Both the position numbers and the translations under genes were made by a program. The notes under the pieces are model-generated. The model saw only the letters and a program-made list of their open reading frames with translations, was not told the DNA's origin and made no database searches. This document shows positions 37,490-50,195 of a stretch of DNA of 64,000 nucleotides, one piece after another; the first letter of the stretch is position 1; each line of letters begins with the position of its first letter. Source of the stretch: Octopus sinensis (Eukaryota). The DNA lies in contig NW_021833461.1 of the NCBI RefSeq assembly GCF_006345805.1, forward strand, positions 1 to 64,000, in the 5' to 3' direction.

Positions 37490-38032
37490 ATCTGTATACA
37501 TGTGTGTGTCTGTATACATAGATATATATCCATACACTTGTATGTGTCTGTATACACACATATATATGTATATCTTTATATATATACATATATAGGTGTG
37601 TGTAGATTGCATATATATATAGAGAGAGAGAGAGGGGAGAGAAAGAGAGAGAGAGACATACATAATATGGTTCTTTGTTAAACAAGCAATCATCAGGAAC
37701 ACAATACGTTCATACGCACAGTCGTGGCTGTACGGCTACAAAGCTTGATTAGCAATCCCGTAGTTACGAGTTCAATTCCCACTTGGGCAAGTGTCTTCTA
37801 CTATATCCCCGGACAGCACTGTGTCTTATAAGTGAATTGGTAGTGGAAACTGTGTCAAAGCCTGTCGTGTGCGTGTGTTTGTAAGTAGATACTGTGAAGA
37901 TGTGGCTTAGTGGTTAGGATAATCGGTTCATGACTATAAGGTCCGGTGCTCGATTCGTGGCAGCACACACGCGAACACTCACATACACACACACACGCGA
38001 ACACTCACATACACACACACACGCACACGCAC

Positions 38033-38083
<51 letters not shown>

Positions 38084-38086
38084 CAT

Positions 38087-38163
38087 ATATTCTTTTATTG
38101 CTTTATTTGTTTCTGTCATTTGACTGCGGTCATGCTGAAACAAATAAAAGAACAAAAGAATAT
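38087..38163. repeat. SINE-tail-derived ~77-bp hairpin; second copy at 38850-38926
   Basis: atattcttttattgctttatttgtttc...gaaacaaataaaagaacaaaagaatat around a SINE-tail loop. Confidence 0.7.
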
Positions 38164-38202
38164 ATAGCTATATATATATATATATTATATATATATATAT
38201 AT

Positions 38203-38375
38203 AAAAGTTGAGTTGTGGGGTATCGCACGAGTGGGATTATATAAGAAAAAAGGTTTGAAAATGCAATTTAAACGATGTTTATTTACTTAAATGTAACTTT
38301 TGACAATCTTTTACCAAAGAGTGAAACCGGTTAAGTAAATAAACATCGTTTAAATTGCATTTTCAAACCTTTTTT

Positions 38376-38382
<7 letters not shown>
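38203..38382. mobile_element. Short fold-back PLE-type unit with 34-nt tail and 3' half of an HHR
   Basis: Arms 38237-38290 / 38331-38382; gaaaccggtt precedes the right arm. Confidence 0.65.
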
Positions 38383-38420
<38 letters not shown>

Positions 38421-38423
<3 letters not shown>

Positions 38424-38578
38424 CGCAGGAGTGGCTGTGTGGTAAGTAGCTTGCTAACCAACCACATGGTTGCGGGTTCAGTCCCACTGCGTGGCATCTT
38501 GGGCAAGTGTCTTCTGCTATAGCATGTGAGTGGATTTGGTAGACGGAAACTGAAAGAAGCCTGTCGTATATATGTATG

Positions 38579-38613
<35 letters not shown>

Positions 38614-38830
38614 TTGTGTGTCTGTGTTTGTCCCCCTAGCATTGCTTGACAACCGATGCTGGTGTGTCTACGTCCCCGCCACTTAGCGGTTCGGCAAAAG
38701 AGACCGATAGAATAAGTACTGGGCTTACAAAGAATAAGTTCCGGGGTCGATTTGATCGACTAAAGGCGGTGCTCCAGCATGGCCGCCGTCAAATGACTGA
38801 AACAAGTAAAAGAGTAAAAGAGTAAAAGAG
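38421..38830 (+). mobile_element. Full-length CORE-like SINE
   Basis: Near-identical to 8991-9402. Confidence 0.9.
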
Positions 38831-38929
38831 TATATATATATATATACATATATTCTTTTATTGCTTTATTTGTTTCTGTGATTTGACTGCGGCCATGGTG
38901 AAACAAATAAAAGAACAAAAGAATATATA

Positions 38930-38969
<40 letters not shown>

Positions 38970-39006
38970 AAGAACATCTGAAAAATGAAATACCTAGAAA
39001 TGGATA

Positions 39007-39078
39007 ATGTGGTACCGGTTTCAGATTCTTCAAAATACGTCTGCCAACATATATTTGACTTATCCTCATCAGCCACAT
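39007..39078 (-). ncRNA. Type I hammerhead ribozyme with canonical core
   Basis: atgtgg-CTGATGA-ggat...atct-GAAA-ccgg-TA-ccacat; 6-bp stem I; palindromic ACCGGT stem III. Confidence 0.75.
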
Positions 39079-39179
39079 ATACCTCGACAATATTTCAAAT
39101 GTTGCCACATCTATGCCAGTACACTCGTCTGAACGCCAAAACGTTGACAGAACGAGAACAGTGAAGAAGTTTCAATGAA

Positions 39180-39925
39180 AATAGTATCGACATGAGTGAT
39201 GATACCTCTTTCCAAGTGCACATTACCAGGATGGTGACAAAGTTCAGACGACTGGGTGGGTGGATCCTAAGAACATTCAGAACCAGAGATAAGGAAACCA
39301 TGATGGTCCTCTGGCGGACATTCGTCCTCAGTCGCCTGGATTACTGCTCACAGCTATGGTCACCCACCAGTGTAAAATTAACAGCGGACCTTGAAGCAAT
39401 CCAGAGAAGATTCACAGAGAGAATCGTCTCTTTGCAACAGCTCAGCTACTGGGAAAGATTGAAACAGCTAAGACTCTACTCCCTGGATAGAAGACGGGAG
39501 AGGTAATATATGTCTGGAAGATCCTGGAAGGAATTGTACCAAATTTTGGCATTGTAAGCTACACCAATGCTAGAACGGGACGACACTGCATAGTGCCAAA
39601 GATCCCAGCAATGCCGTCACGCTTCAGGACCAGCTTCTGCAACAGCCTGGGCTTCAAGAGCCCACAGCTTTTTAATATTCTTCCAAAGAGTCTGGGGAAC
39701 TTGCACAAAGTAGATGTAGCGGTTTTTAAATCAAAGCTGGACATCTTCCTGTCGAGAGTCCCAGATGAACCTACCTCACGGCAAGAGGTGCGAATGAGAG
39801 TAGCTATATCAAACTCCATTCTTCACCAAGTGCCACATATTAGACGAGGTTCTTCGCAATAACAGTGTAGCACAAAACGGCGGTGCATCAGCATGACCGC
39901 AGCTCTGAGCTGAAACTAGAAAAAA
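39180..39925 (+). pseudogene. 3' end of CR1/L2-like LINE
   Basis: DMSDDTSFQVHITRMV...GWILRTFRTRDKETMMVLWRTFVLSRLDYCSQLWSP; EAIQRRFT; LSYWERLKQLRLYSLDRRRER; FKSKLDIFLSRVPDEP. Confidence 0.88.
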
Positions 39926-39966
39926 ATATATATATATACACACATACATACGTATATATATATACA

Positions 39967-40054
<88 letters not shown>

Positions 40055-40055
<1 letters not shown>

Positions 40056-40739
40056 CCAATTAAGTACTGAACACGAAAAAGTGGACAGTCAACATGCTAG
40101 ATATAGACGTCAAATCGCCATTCTCCACAAAAGATTATGTTCTCAGATCAAACTCAACACCAACCCAAGCAATAAACAAGTGAAAATATACGAAAAACAA
40201 TACTCATCCATGTACTGAATCAGTTTCTACTATTATTATCCGTAAGGATACCCGTAGTCTTCGTCAGCATGGCCGATATGAATGCAATCTGCTGAACTAG
40301 ATGCAAAAACGATACCGGAGTTTCATCATGTGCGTAGAGTTCAACCAATTACATTCGAATGTGTATTTCAAATGCCTTCCACCTTGGCGCGTTGAGACCC
40401 GAAGAAAATAGCCTGCAGCTAATAATTAGCAGCAGTCAATTTATCGGTTAGAGAACATATTTATTTTTTATAAAATTAATAAGGGTAGAAATCAATATTT
40501 ATCAATTAAAACCAGTGGTCTAGCATATTAAAAAAATCCGAAGATTAAATATTTATATATACCAATTAAGGACTGAACACGAAAAAGTGGACAGTCAACA
40601 TGCTGTCTATATCTAGCATGTTGACTGTCCACTTTTTCGTGTTCAGTCCTTAATTGGTATATATAAATATTTAATCTTCGGATTTTTTTAATATGCTAGA
40701 CCACTGGTTTTAATTGATAAATATTGATTTCTACCCTTA

Positions 40740-40750
<11 letters not shown>
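40055..40750 (-). mobile_element. PLE-type unit (~506-nt period) with HHR at 40208-40272 and ~134-bp fold-back
   Basis: accaattaag recurs at 40055 and 40561; palindrome 40471-40604 / 40615-40750; ccatg-CTGACGA-...-GAAA-ctga-t-tcag-TA-catgg. Confidence 0.75.
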
Positions 40751-40788
<38 letters not shown>

Positions 40789-40899
40789 GTACATATATAT
40801 ATATACATATATTTATATGTATATGCATATGTTCATATATATATATGCATATGTACATATATAAATATGCATATGCACACACACACACATACACATATA

Positions 40900-41195
40900 T
40901 GCTGAGACCCCCTTCGGTCATGAGTGACCATGGGATTGTACCTAGAAAGTTACTCTCCCAGGCACAGGTCCGGCCAAGGTTGTTTATGGAAAACCAGCAG
41001 TCACCCATACATACCGGCCTCCCCTCTCCTTGCCACCAGTGTTAGCCAATGGAAAGGCAAAGGTCGATACATCTTGGCACCCGTGACGTTCGCAACTCAG
41101 TGTCTTGCTCAAGAACACAACACGCAGCCCGGTCCGGGATTCGAACTCACAACCTCACGATCGTAAGCTCGCCGCTCTAACCACTGAGCCATGCG

Positions 41196-41197
<2 letters not shown>
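40900..41197 (-). mobile_element. tRNA-derived SINE with RTE-like tail
   Basis: Reverse complement head gaggcgcatggctcagtggttagagcggcgagcttacgatc...gagttcgaatccc. Confidence 0.8.
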
Positions 41198-41258
<61 letters not shown>

Positions 41259-41955
41259 ACGTAACGCGTAAATATGTACCGTGCTTTCGCTGTTTTAGCT
41301 GTGTATGTAATCGCAAACAGCCTCTCAATTCTGCTGTTCTTTGACATAACGTCACATCCAAGTTGTGATACCTGGCGGGGGCGGGTAGCTGCAGCGGCAT
41401 TAGGTTGGAACTTACTTTCAGCTGAGCTTGTTAAAAGGCTCAACACGCCGCCCGTTTCAGGAATTTGATACACGACGTTATGAACGCGAGTTGAACCCCC
41501 AGTCATTCAAAACCAACCATTCTGATGCTTAGAATCGATTATCTAATTGATCTTTGATTAAGAGTGTAGAGTCTGAACTGAGGAACTGAAGGTTAAGTTA
41601 TTGATATTTCTAGTAAGTCAGTTGACCGATTAGAGGTCATTTGAGTAAATGTGAGCAGTGTGAGTTATTTCGTGAGTGCAGTGTTAGTCAGTCTCCAATT
41701 CAAATAAAAGAAAGAGAACGCAATTTTTCGAATAAAAAGAAAAGGAAAGGTTTGCGACGTCTCCGCGTGGTTGCTTCCTATTCTAGAAATAGTTCTCACA
41801 TCTCATCCCAAATCAACCATTCTACTGTCTTAAAGATATCGAAAACAGTAGCACACACTAAATAATGTACTCCTACGTTTAACGTCTGGAAACGGAAAAG
41901 TATAAGGATGGTCGTGGTTATATGAAAGTTGCTCAACTAGAGCTGAATTGAGATT

Positions 41956-42033
41956 GAAGAAGAAGAAGAAGAAGAAGAAGAAGAAGAAGAAGAAGAAGAA
42001 GAAGAAGAAGAAGAAGAAGAAGAAGAAGAAGAA
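41956..42033. repeat. (GAA)n microsatellite, about 26 units
   Basis: Direct reading. Confidence 0.95.
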
Positions 42034-42267
42034 CAAATGATACTAAATATTTTGCAGCAGACATCTGTCTATGAGGGCTGGCTGTTTCCCATTTGCGTTG
42101 AATACCGCCCGTTAACTGAAACCTCCCTGATCAGTCTTTTGTTGCAAGGGAGCTTTTTTTCCCCCCTTTGTTCTTCTTTTCTTTTTTGCACAGTTGTCAT
42201 GCATTTAATTGTACACTTCATAACGAAAACCTTTTCACAAAGTCACCCTAGTGAAGCAAACTAGTAA

Positions 42268-42686
42268 TAATCCTTTCTACTAAAGGAACGAGGCCTGAAA
42301 TATGGTGGGTGCGAGGGCGAGGGGACTAATCGATTACATCGATCCCAGTGTTTCGCAGGTAATTAATTTATTGACCTGGAAAGGATGAAAGGCAAAATCG
42401 ACCTCGGCAAAAATTGAACTCAGAACGTAGCGACGGGCGAAATACCTATTTCTATTTCTTTATTACCCACAAGGGGCTAAACACAGAGAGGACAAACAAG
42501 GACAGACAGACGGATTAAGTCGATTATATCGACCCCAGTGCGTAACTGGTACTTAATTTATCGACCCCGAAAGGATGAAAGGCAAAGTCGACCTCGACGG
42601 AATTTGAACTCAGAATGTAACGACAGATGAAATACGGCTGCGCATTTTGCCCGGCGTGCTAACGATTCTGCCAGCTCGCCGCCTTA
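42268..42686 (-). mobile_element. Full-length Meta-like SINE
   Basis: Colinear with 995-1387. Confidence 0.85.
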
Positions 42687-43547
42687 AGCACACCAGCAAT
42701 AATGGTGATCATCATCATCATAATCAATGATCCCGATAGTGGTCGTCGTCGTCGTCGTGGTGCGGTTTTTTTTTTGTTTTGTTTTTTTCGTTGGGCACAT
42801 GCGAGAAGATGCTGAAAAGCTCCTGGCTTTGAGTAAAAGAAACTACAGGAGAATCAGTTAATTACGATTTCAGAAATCACCACTACCGGGATCTTGATTA
42901 TGAACATCATCATCATCATCATCATCATCATTATTACTGGTGTGCTTAAGGCGGCGAGACGGCTGAATCCAAGGCTCCATCATAGGAATTTAAACACCAA
43001 CGCCAGGGTATTTTTGTATGTATGTATGTATGTATGTATGTATGTATTCATGTATGCAGGTATGTATGTATGTATGTATGTAGTATGCATGCATGTATGT
43101 ATGTATGCATGCATGTATGTATATGTGCAGACTTGTATGTTTTGTTTTATGTATGTATGTATCCTAATGCATAGAGTTGCATATCTAGACATGCTCATAT
43201 ATGCTTAAATGATAAACCTCTGGAAATTTTACAGATTTTTACATTTCCAGTAATGGATTGGATCTGTAGTCTTCGAGTTAGCTTTCTCCATATATGTGTG
43301 TATGTATGTATGTATGTATGTATGTATGTATGTATGTATGTATGTATGTATGTATGTATGTATGTATGTGTGGAACAAATTATGCTTATGTGGATAAATA
43401 TGCATATATGTGTGTTTATACGTATATATGTGTGTATATATGCACATAAATGTGTATCCTATAAAGATATATAGACGGACACATCCATTTGCACACATAT
43501 ACACGCACACACGCATGCATACAAACGCGTGCATACACACGCACACA

Positions 43548-43579
<32 letters not shown>

Positions 43580-43865
43580 GTCATCTAACTTGTATCGACT
43601 GGCAGCAATCCGTAACTGGATTGGTTGACCCTAGACTGACCGTTGGCTGAAGAGGCTCTTCTGCCCAGACTGTATCATGTAGTTTCGCCGTCGAAATGAA
43701 GATCAATGCGCCCAGGTTCACATCCGCCATGCTGCTCTCCAATACTTCACCATGGCCCTGACTCGGGGATTCTTAGTAATTGAAGTTACCTTCTCTATAT
43801 ACCCACTGTTGGGTGGCCGTTGACTCTTACTAGTTCCTCCACCCTTTCACAGGTTTTGTTTTCCA
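43580..43865 (-). mobile_element. Degenerate fragment, probably RTE LINE 5' region; homolog at 50480-51080 (+)
   Basis: aaagggtgga(g/a)gaacta...agtcaacggcca is shared between the two sites. Confidence 0.4.
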
Positions 43866-43876
43866 TGCACACACAC

Positions 43877-43945
<69 letters not shown>

Positions 43946-44049
43946 CACACATACATACATGCTGGCAGAAAGGCCACCCTGCGGGCAGTTTTCTGCTAAC
44001 CACTTGATAATATTTTCACATTTGATTTCCAATTCTAATAATTTTTATG

Positions 44050-44500
44050 ACATTTTACGTCTAATCATTTCTTTGTATAATAGTGCTCACTTGCTTGGTA
44101 AATATTGCTTTCCTTATTTTATCATAGTCATAATCTCTCTTTTTCAAAACAAACACCAAGGTATTCCAACTACGGAGGGGAAAGCAAGTTTTGCCTTGTC
44201 AAGTTTTACCATCCCCTTGAAACAACATAGAGATTTCAATTCAACAGCCCATCTGTAAGCTTTGCAGTATGAACAAACATTGTCAAGGAAACTCCATGCA
44301 TTATGTGGTTGTACAATAGGCAGAACGGCCTGTTCTTGGAAATTATCGAAACTGGCTTTCATTGCTAATCCATTAATAGAATTCTTCCTAGTTTGAAAAT
44401 TTTTCATTTGTACACCTGCTGTAAATATTCGGTTTCGTCTCTCAGCACTGGCGTTTCTCTTTGTATCACACTGAAGTTTGGAAGGCTTCCCATTTCATAC
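44050..44500 (-). pseudogene. Helitron Rep-helicase N-terminal fragment
   Basis: DNVCSYCKAYRWAVELKSLCCFKGMVKL matches the CxxC...W..E...CC..G.V.L motif at the start of Helitron RepHel proteins. Confidence 0.55.
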
Positions 44501-44596
44501 TGATTATCAATAGGCAGTTGAACAGTCACAGATGGTAGAAGCTGACACAGTGTCTTACTTTGAAGTAGAATATTCTCCTCTCGAGATACCCTAACC

Positions 44597-47560
44597 CAGT
44601 GGTTTCCAACCAGGGTTCCGCCAGTACAGTCCAGGGGTTCCGCAAGAAGTTACATAAATGCTAAACTCGACAGTAAATTTTAATTCTCCTGTGCAGATAT
44701 GTGTGTACATGTTAGGCCTACGTGTATATCTACGAGTTGCACGCCAGCGTAGATGACCCTGATCCTTGGTGTGTATGTGTAGGCCTACGACGTGTACAAC
44801 TACGAGTTACTCGCCAGCGTAGATGACCCTGATCCTTGGTGTGTACATGTACGTGCACATCTACGAATTGCATGCCAGCTTAGATGATGGTTTAGTTTTC
44901 TTTTGTAAAATACGAGTGACTATATTTGGAAGAAACATTTTAACTGCGTAAGCCATTTATTTAGGTGTTGTTGTTAATACGCCTTTTAAAATATCTTTAG
45001 CTTTTTAAAAGGTGTTTTTGTAAAATATTTTTCTTGTATGACTTCTATTAATATATGGTCAAATGTTAAGATTAAAAAATCCGGAAGAGAGTTGAATTAC
45101 ATATGTAGAAAAAAAATAAGAAATAGGGAAACTGATACTAAATTATAAGATATGTAAATATGCATAAATATTAATTCCTTACAAATTTCTAAATTAGAAC
45201 AATGAACAAATAAATGACATTTTAAATTCAAATCCGAAAATATATTTTAATTATTATATGCATATTGTTTAAATATAATGAAATACCTAGTACTAAAAAA
45301 AAACATTAATAAAAAAGCTAAATTTTACATCATTTAACTCGCTACACTTTAAAGATCATTTCGTCCTGCCACTATTAGGTTTGCTTTCATATATATATAC
45401 AATTCTGCTTACAGCCTTACAAGTATGGATAGATTTCTGAAAAAAACGTAAGTTAGATACAGATGAAGAGACGCAGGGTCTGAGGCAGTCTGTTGAAGCT
45501 GCAGCCACTGCCAGTGATGCTGCCTCGTCGAAATTACCAAGAAATGATGGAATTAACCTGCAACTAAAAGTTCGTCAATATTGTGAAAACTACATAGCTC
45601 TGGGAATGGAAACCCAGACTGCTCTTCACCTTTGTGTACTGTTTCTGGGGAGAAGCTGGCTAATAGTACTATAGCACCAGCCAAGCTGAAACGACACTTA
45701 ACAACTAAACATCCAGAGTTGTCAGGCAAAAAAGAACAATATTTTAAAAGAGAATTGGCATTTAATAAAAGGCAAGTTTGCCAAAAAGTTCAAGTTGAGT
45801 GACAAAGGACAAGAAGCAAGTTATGCTGTGGCGGAGATAGTTGCAAGAAAAATGAAATCTCATACCATCGCTGAAACTGTAATTTTACCTGCATGCCAGG
45901 AAATAGTGAGGATAATGTTTGGAGAGGATGCTGTATCAGATCTAAATAAAATTCCATTTTCTGACAACATAATAAGTAGGCGCATTCAAGACATGTCAGG
46001 AGACATTGAGTGCAATATTAAGTCAAAAATACTGAAACATAAGTTGTTTGCACTTCAAGTTGATGAGAGTACAGACATCACTGGTAAATCACAGCTCCTT
46101 GTATTTGTTCGTTTTATTAATGATGAAACTATTGTAGAAGACGTCCTGTATTGCAAAGAGTTGCCAGAAACAAGAAAAGGACAAGATGTATTTGATGTTT
46201 TAAATTCATATTTAGAGTATTGTGGATTGAACTGGAAAAACTGTGTTGGTATTTGTACAGATGGTGCCCCTGCAATGACAGGATGTCTTAAAGGCTTTGT
46301 CCCAACCGCACAAAAACAAAATTCAAATGTTTCATTCATAGAGAAGCACTAGTTGCTAAAACTTTTGGACCTGAACAAAAATCTGTATTGGGTATGGTAG
46401 TGAAAATAAATAATTACTTCAAAATGAGGCCACTTAAATGTCGACAGTTTGCGAAACTTTGTGTGGGTATGGAAGCAGACCATTTCACCTTAATCCAGCA
46501 CACAGAAATACGATGGTTGTCAAGGGGAAAAGTATTGTCTCGTTTTTACGAATTAAGAGAAGACCTTTTGACCTTTTGTTTGCAAGAAAACCTGAAAGAC
46601 TTTGAAAAATGTTTGAGTGATGACCATCGGTGTTCCAAGTTAGCATATTTTGCCGATATATTTCATGAGCTAAGCCTCTTGAACAATGGCATGCAGGGCA
46701 TGAACGAAAATATATTGTCTTCTACTGACAAAATAAATGCTTTTCAGAAGAAATTGACAATATGGAAGAAACACATAGCTGCAGGAAATTTGGAAATGTT
46801 TCCAAGTGTTTTTAAAAGGAATTGTCAAGAAACTTCGTTACTAATTTTGAACCATTTGCACACTTTGTTAACAAATCTTGACAAATATTTTCCATCGATA
46901 TCTGTTGACCAGTATGACTGGATTAGAAACTCATTTGTGGAATTTGAGCCATTTGAAGAACAGTTCACATTATCAGAAGAAGAAGAACTTGCTAGTGTTT
47001 TAAATGACAGAACATTAAAGTTGAAGCATTCTGAGCTTCACCTGAATGCATTTTGGTTGCTGGTTGAAAAGGAATATCCTGCAAACGCCCAGAAAGCGCT
47101 GCGACTTCTTGTGCAGTTTTCAACCACCTACTTCTGTGAATTTGGATTTTCAACTCTGACAGCCATCAAGCACAAGAAGCGAGCACAATTGCTGTCTGTG
47201 GAAGATGAACTTCGTGTGTGTCTATCGACCCAATCTTAGGGAGTTGTGCAAGAAACACCAGGCTCAAGTTTCTCATTGAGTTTTTGATGAGAATAAATGT
47301 AATCTATTCAAACTAAAGTTTTTTTAATACATGATTTAATAATAACTGTAGATGCAAGAATAAAATTGCATATGTACGTGACAATTTTTTACAGTTTGTG
47401 ATTTTATTGTAAATAAATCTGAACATGAGTATTTTCATTTCATTAATTAAATGCTGTTTTTTTTTTTGCGTAAGACAATTAAATTATTGCACAGGGGCTC
47501 CTCGAGCCAGTGGAATGTTTCCTTGGGGTTCCGCTCCAGCAAAAAGGTTGAAAAGTACTG
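44597..47560 (+). mobile_element. Near full-length hAT (Buster/Charlie) transposon
   Basis: TIRs cagtggtttccaacc / ggttgaaaagtactg; 8-bp TSD ccctaacc vs cactaacc (central TA); ~70-bp tandem repeats at 44700-44890. Confidence 0.92.
45425..47279 (+). pseudogene. Buster-type hAT transposase (ZBED5/SCAND3-like), frameshifted
   Basis: MDRFLKK; [13 protein letters not shown]; KSHTIAETVILPAC; FALQVDESTDI; CTDGAPAMTG; HTEIRWLSRGKVLSRF; LAYFADIF; FSTTYFCEFGFSTL; ends AQVSH*. Confidence 0.93.
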
Positions 47561-49526
47561 CACTAACCAGTCGGTCATGTGTAGCAGAAACAGAATCAAC
47601 TCTACGTCAAAGTGCGTATTCAGGCATCTGTTTCAGTCGCTTTTCACTGGTTTTTATTTGATTTACTTTCCCGTCTTTTTCTCTGCTGTCGTGCCTTTGC
47701 TGCTAAATATTCTTTTTCAGTCGCATATTTTCTGGACGCCCCATGTTAAATAGAAAAATTCTCTAATGTGATATTTGTTTAATAACGAAACAAAACTTGG
47801 AGTGTGTGTGTGTGTGTTCATTTTACAGAGACAGTACGAGACAGTGTGAGTTTGTGTTTACATTAGAGAGACAGTGTGTGTGTAAGAGAGAGAGAGAGAA
47901 CATTACAAACAATGAATGAAATAAAGATGAAATGAAAAAAATCTTATACTGAATATTTAAATTTGTGAACTTGAAATATTCAATAATAAAAGGTAGTTCA
48001 AAAAGTAAATTTTCCTGAAAACTTCATTTCACAAAAAAATCTCACTTGCTTAGTAAATATTTCTTTCGCTAATTTATCGTAGTTGTAATATATCTCTAAT
48101 TTAAACAAACTTCAAGGTAACCCAGCTACATTTAGCGTGCTTGAAATAGCATGTGTGTACGTGACTATAATTTTCCCTCGCATGGATGAGCGGTGTTGTT
48201 GTCTTCAATGAGGTTATCAGGTCAGACATTTGTTTTCCATCGCACTACTCGCGTATTAGTACACGCTCAACCACTGCGAAAAATAGAGAGATTGTAGCAA
48301 AATCCTTACGAACTTTGCGGCTTATGGAATGAATAATAGGCATGAAAAATACTAATAACAATAAGCAACTTTGCATAAATGGGGTTGAATAAAGAGGAAA
48401 TTATTAAAGGCACAAAGTTCGAAAGGTTTTAGTCACTGCTTCACATCTCTACCATACTTGAATGAATATAGACTCTTACTGTACTTAATCCTTGGAGAAA
48501 TTTTATTGAATTTAAACCTGAGAACGCTCGTTTGACATTTCTGAGTTGTTCGTTACCAAGAAAATCTACATGGACATTTTTTTTTCGGTAGAAATGCCAG
48601 AAGCGATCAAAATATGCCACAAACATGGTTAATTAGAAATTTTCGTTGAAAAATAGGGCTTTGTGTAAAGAAATGGTATCACAAACTTCAAAGACATTGT
48701 TTAATCATGGAATACTAAAGACGTTCACATTGGCAGTTTAGTTGTGGTACAAAGGCCATTATTGACGGAAAATGTGTCAATAATTGTTACAAAAAAGCAT
48801 GGATTTTGGTTATTTTCCTTGACAGAGTTTTATCCATCAGAAATGCACTCATAATACACCTTGTAACTTGCTGAATTTTTTGACACCGAAAACACTAAAA
48901 TTGGCAACGTAGATTAGAAGGAAGTCCAAATATTGCCCGAAAATGACCTCAAAGTTGGGCAACCCAACATCGTTTTCGAGATTATTTTTGTAGTAAAAAA
49001 AGAGTTGTGCAAAAGACATACTTCATTTGGAATCCGAAAGATTACTGAATCTTTTGATACCTCATACATCAAAATCGGCAACTCAGTTTTCAGATCCATA
49101 AAACATACACACACACAACTCTCTTATATATATATACAGATTAAAATCTACTCCGCAGTGACTCCAAGAATATTTAAATTTGTGAAAAACCTGTAGTTCA
49201 AATATTCAATAAACTTCAGAGATTGAAATTACGAGAAATTTCTTGGAACATGAATTTATTAAAAAAAATTCCCAGACGGCCAAGCCTTTAATAATTGCTT
49301 TCTTTTAATAACTGTTACATACCAAGTTAATAAGCAGCTTTCTCCATGATTATATATATATATATGATTGTATACTTGTTAGTATATTGTGTCTTGCACC
49401 ATGTGTTTCGCGTTAAGTCGTGCATTACAGATAGGATCTTATTGATAGGATCTTATTGAGCTTGATTTTATTGTCAATAAATAATGTCGGATGGTCAACA
49501 AATAATGTTGCAATATTTTCCCATCT

Positions 49527-50195
49527 TAGGCAGCGAGCTGGTAGAAACTTTAGCACGCCGGGCGAAATGTTTAGCGGAATTTCGTCTGCCGCTACGTTCT
49601 GAGTTCAAATTCCGCCGAGGTCGACTTTGCCTTTCATCCTTTCGGGGTCGATAAATTAAGTACCAGTTACGCACTGGAGTCCATGTAATCGACTTAATAC
49701 CTTTGTCTGTCCTTGTTTGTCCCCTCTGAGTTTGGCCCCTTGTAGGCAATAAAGAAATAAGAAACATTAGCACGCCCTGCGAAATGCTTAGCATATTTCG
49801 CCTGTCTTGACGTTCTTAGTTCAAATTCCGCTGAGGTCGACTTTACCTTTCATCCTTTCGGAGTCGAAAAATTAAGTACCAGTTGCGTACTGGAGTCGAT
49901 CTAATTGACTGACTCCCTTCCCCAAAATTTCCGGCCTTTTGTCTAGAGTAGAAAAGAATGTAGTAGAAGGCGGCGAGCTGGTAGAATCATTAGCAAGAGC
50001 CGGACAAAATGCTTAGCGGCAGCATTTTGTCTGTGTTTACATTCTGAGTTCAAATTCTGCCGACCTCGACTTTCGTCCTTTCGAAGCCGAGAAAATAATT
50101 ACTAGTAGAGGACTGGAGTCGATGTAATTCGCTTAAACGCCCCCACCACCACCAGAATTGCTAGCCTTGTGTCAATATTTGAGACCAATATGCTA
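49527..50195 (+). mobile_element. Two to three tandem Meta-like SINEs
   Basis: Heads at about 49527, 49765 and 49968 with core motifs. Confidence 0.8.

Noticed and set aside
41367-41390. Resemblance of gatacctggcggggg to the U1 snRNA 5' end
   Set aside because: The match is about 12 nt; downstream U1 stem-loops and the Sm site are absent.
44700-44890. CRISPR-like repeat-spacer pattern
   Set aside because: About 70-bp tandem units inside a eukaryotic hAT element; the intervening parts are similar rather than unique, and no cas genes are present.
48405-49290. Possible TTAA-flanked Kolobok-like element (ttaaaggc ... gcctttaa)
   Set aside because: Only 4 bp of inverted match beyond TTAA; not distinguishable from chance.
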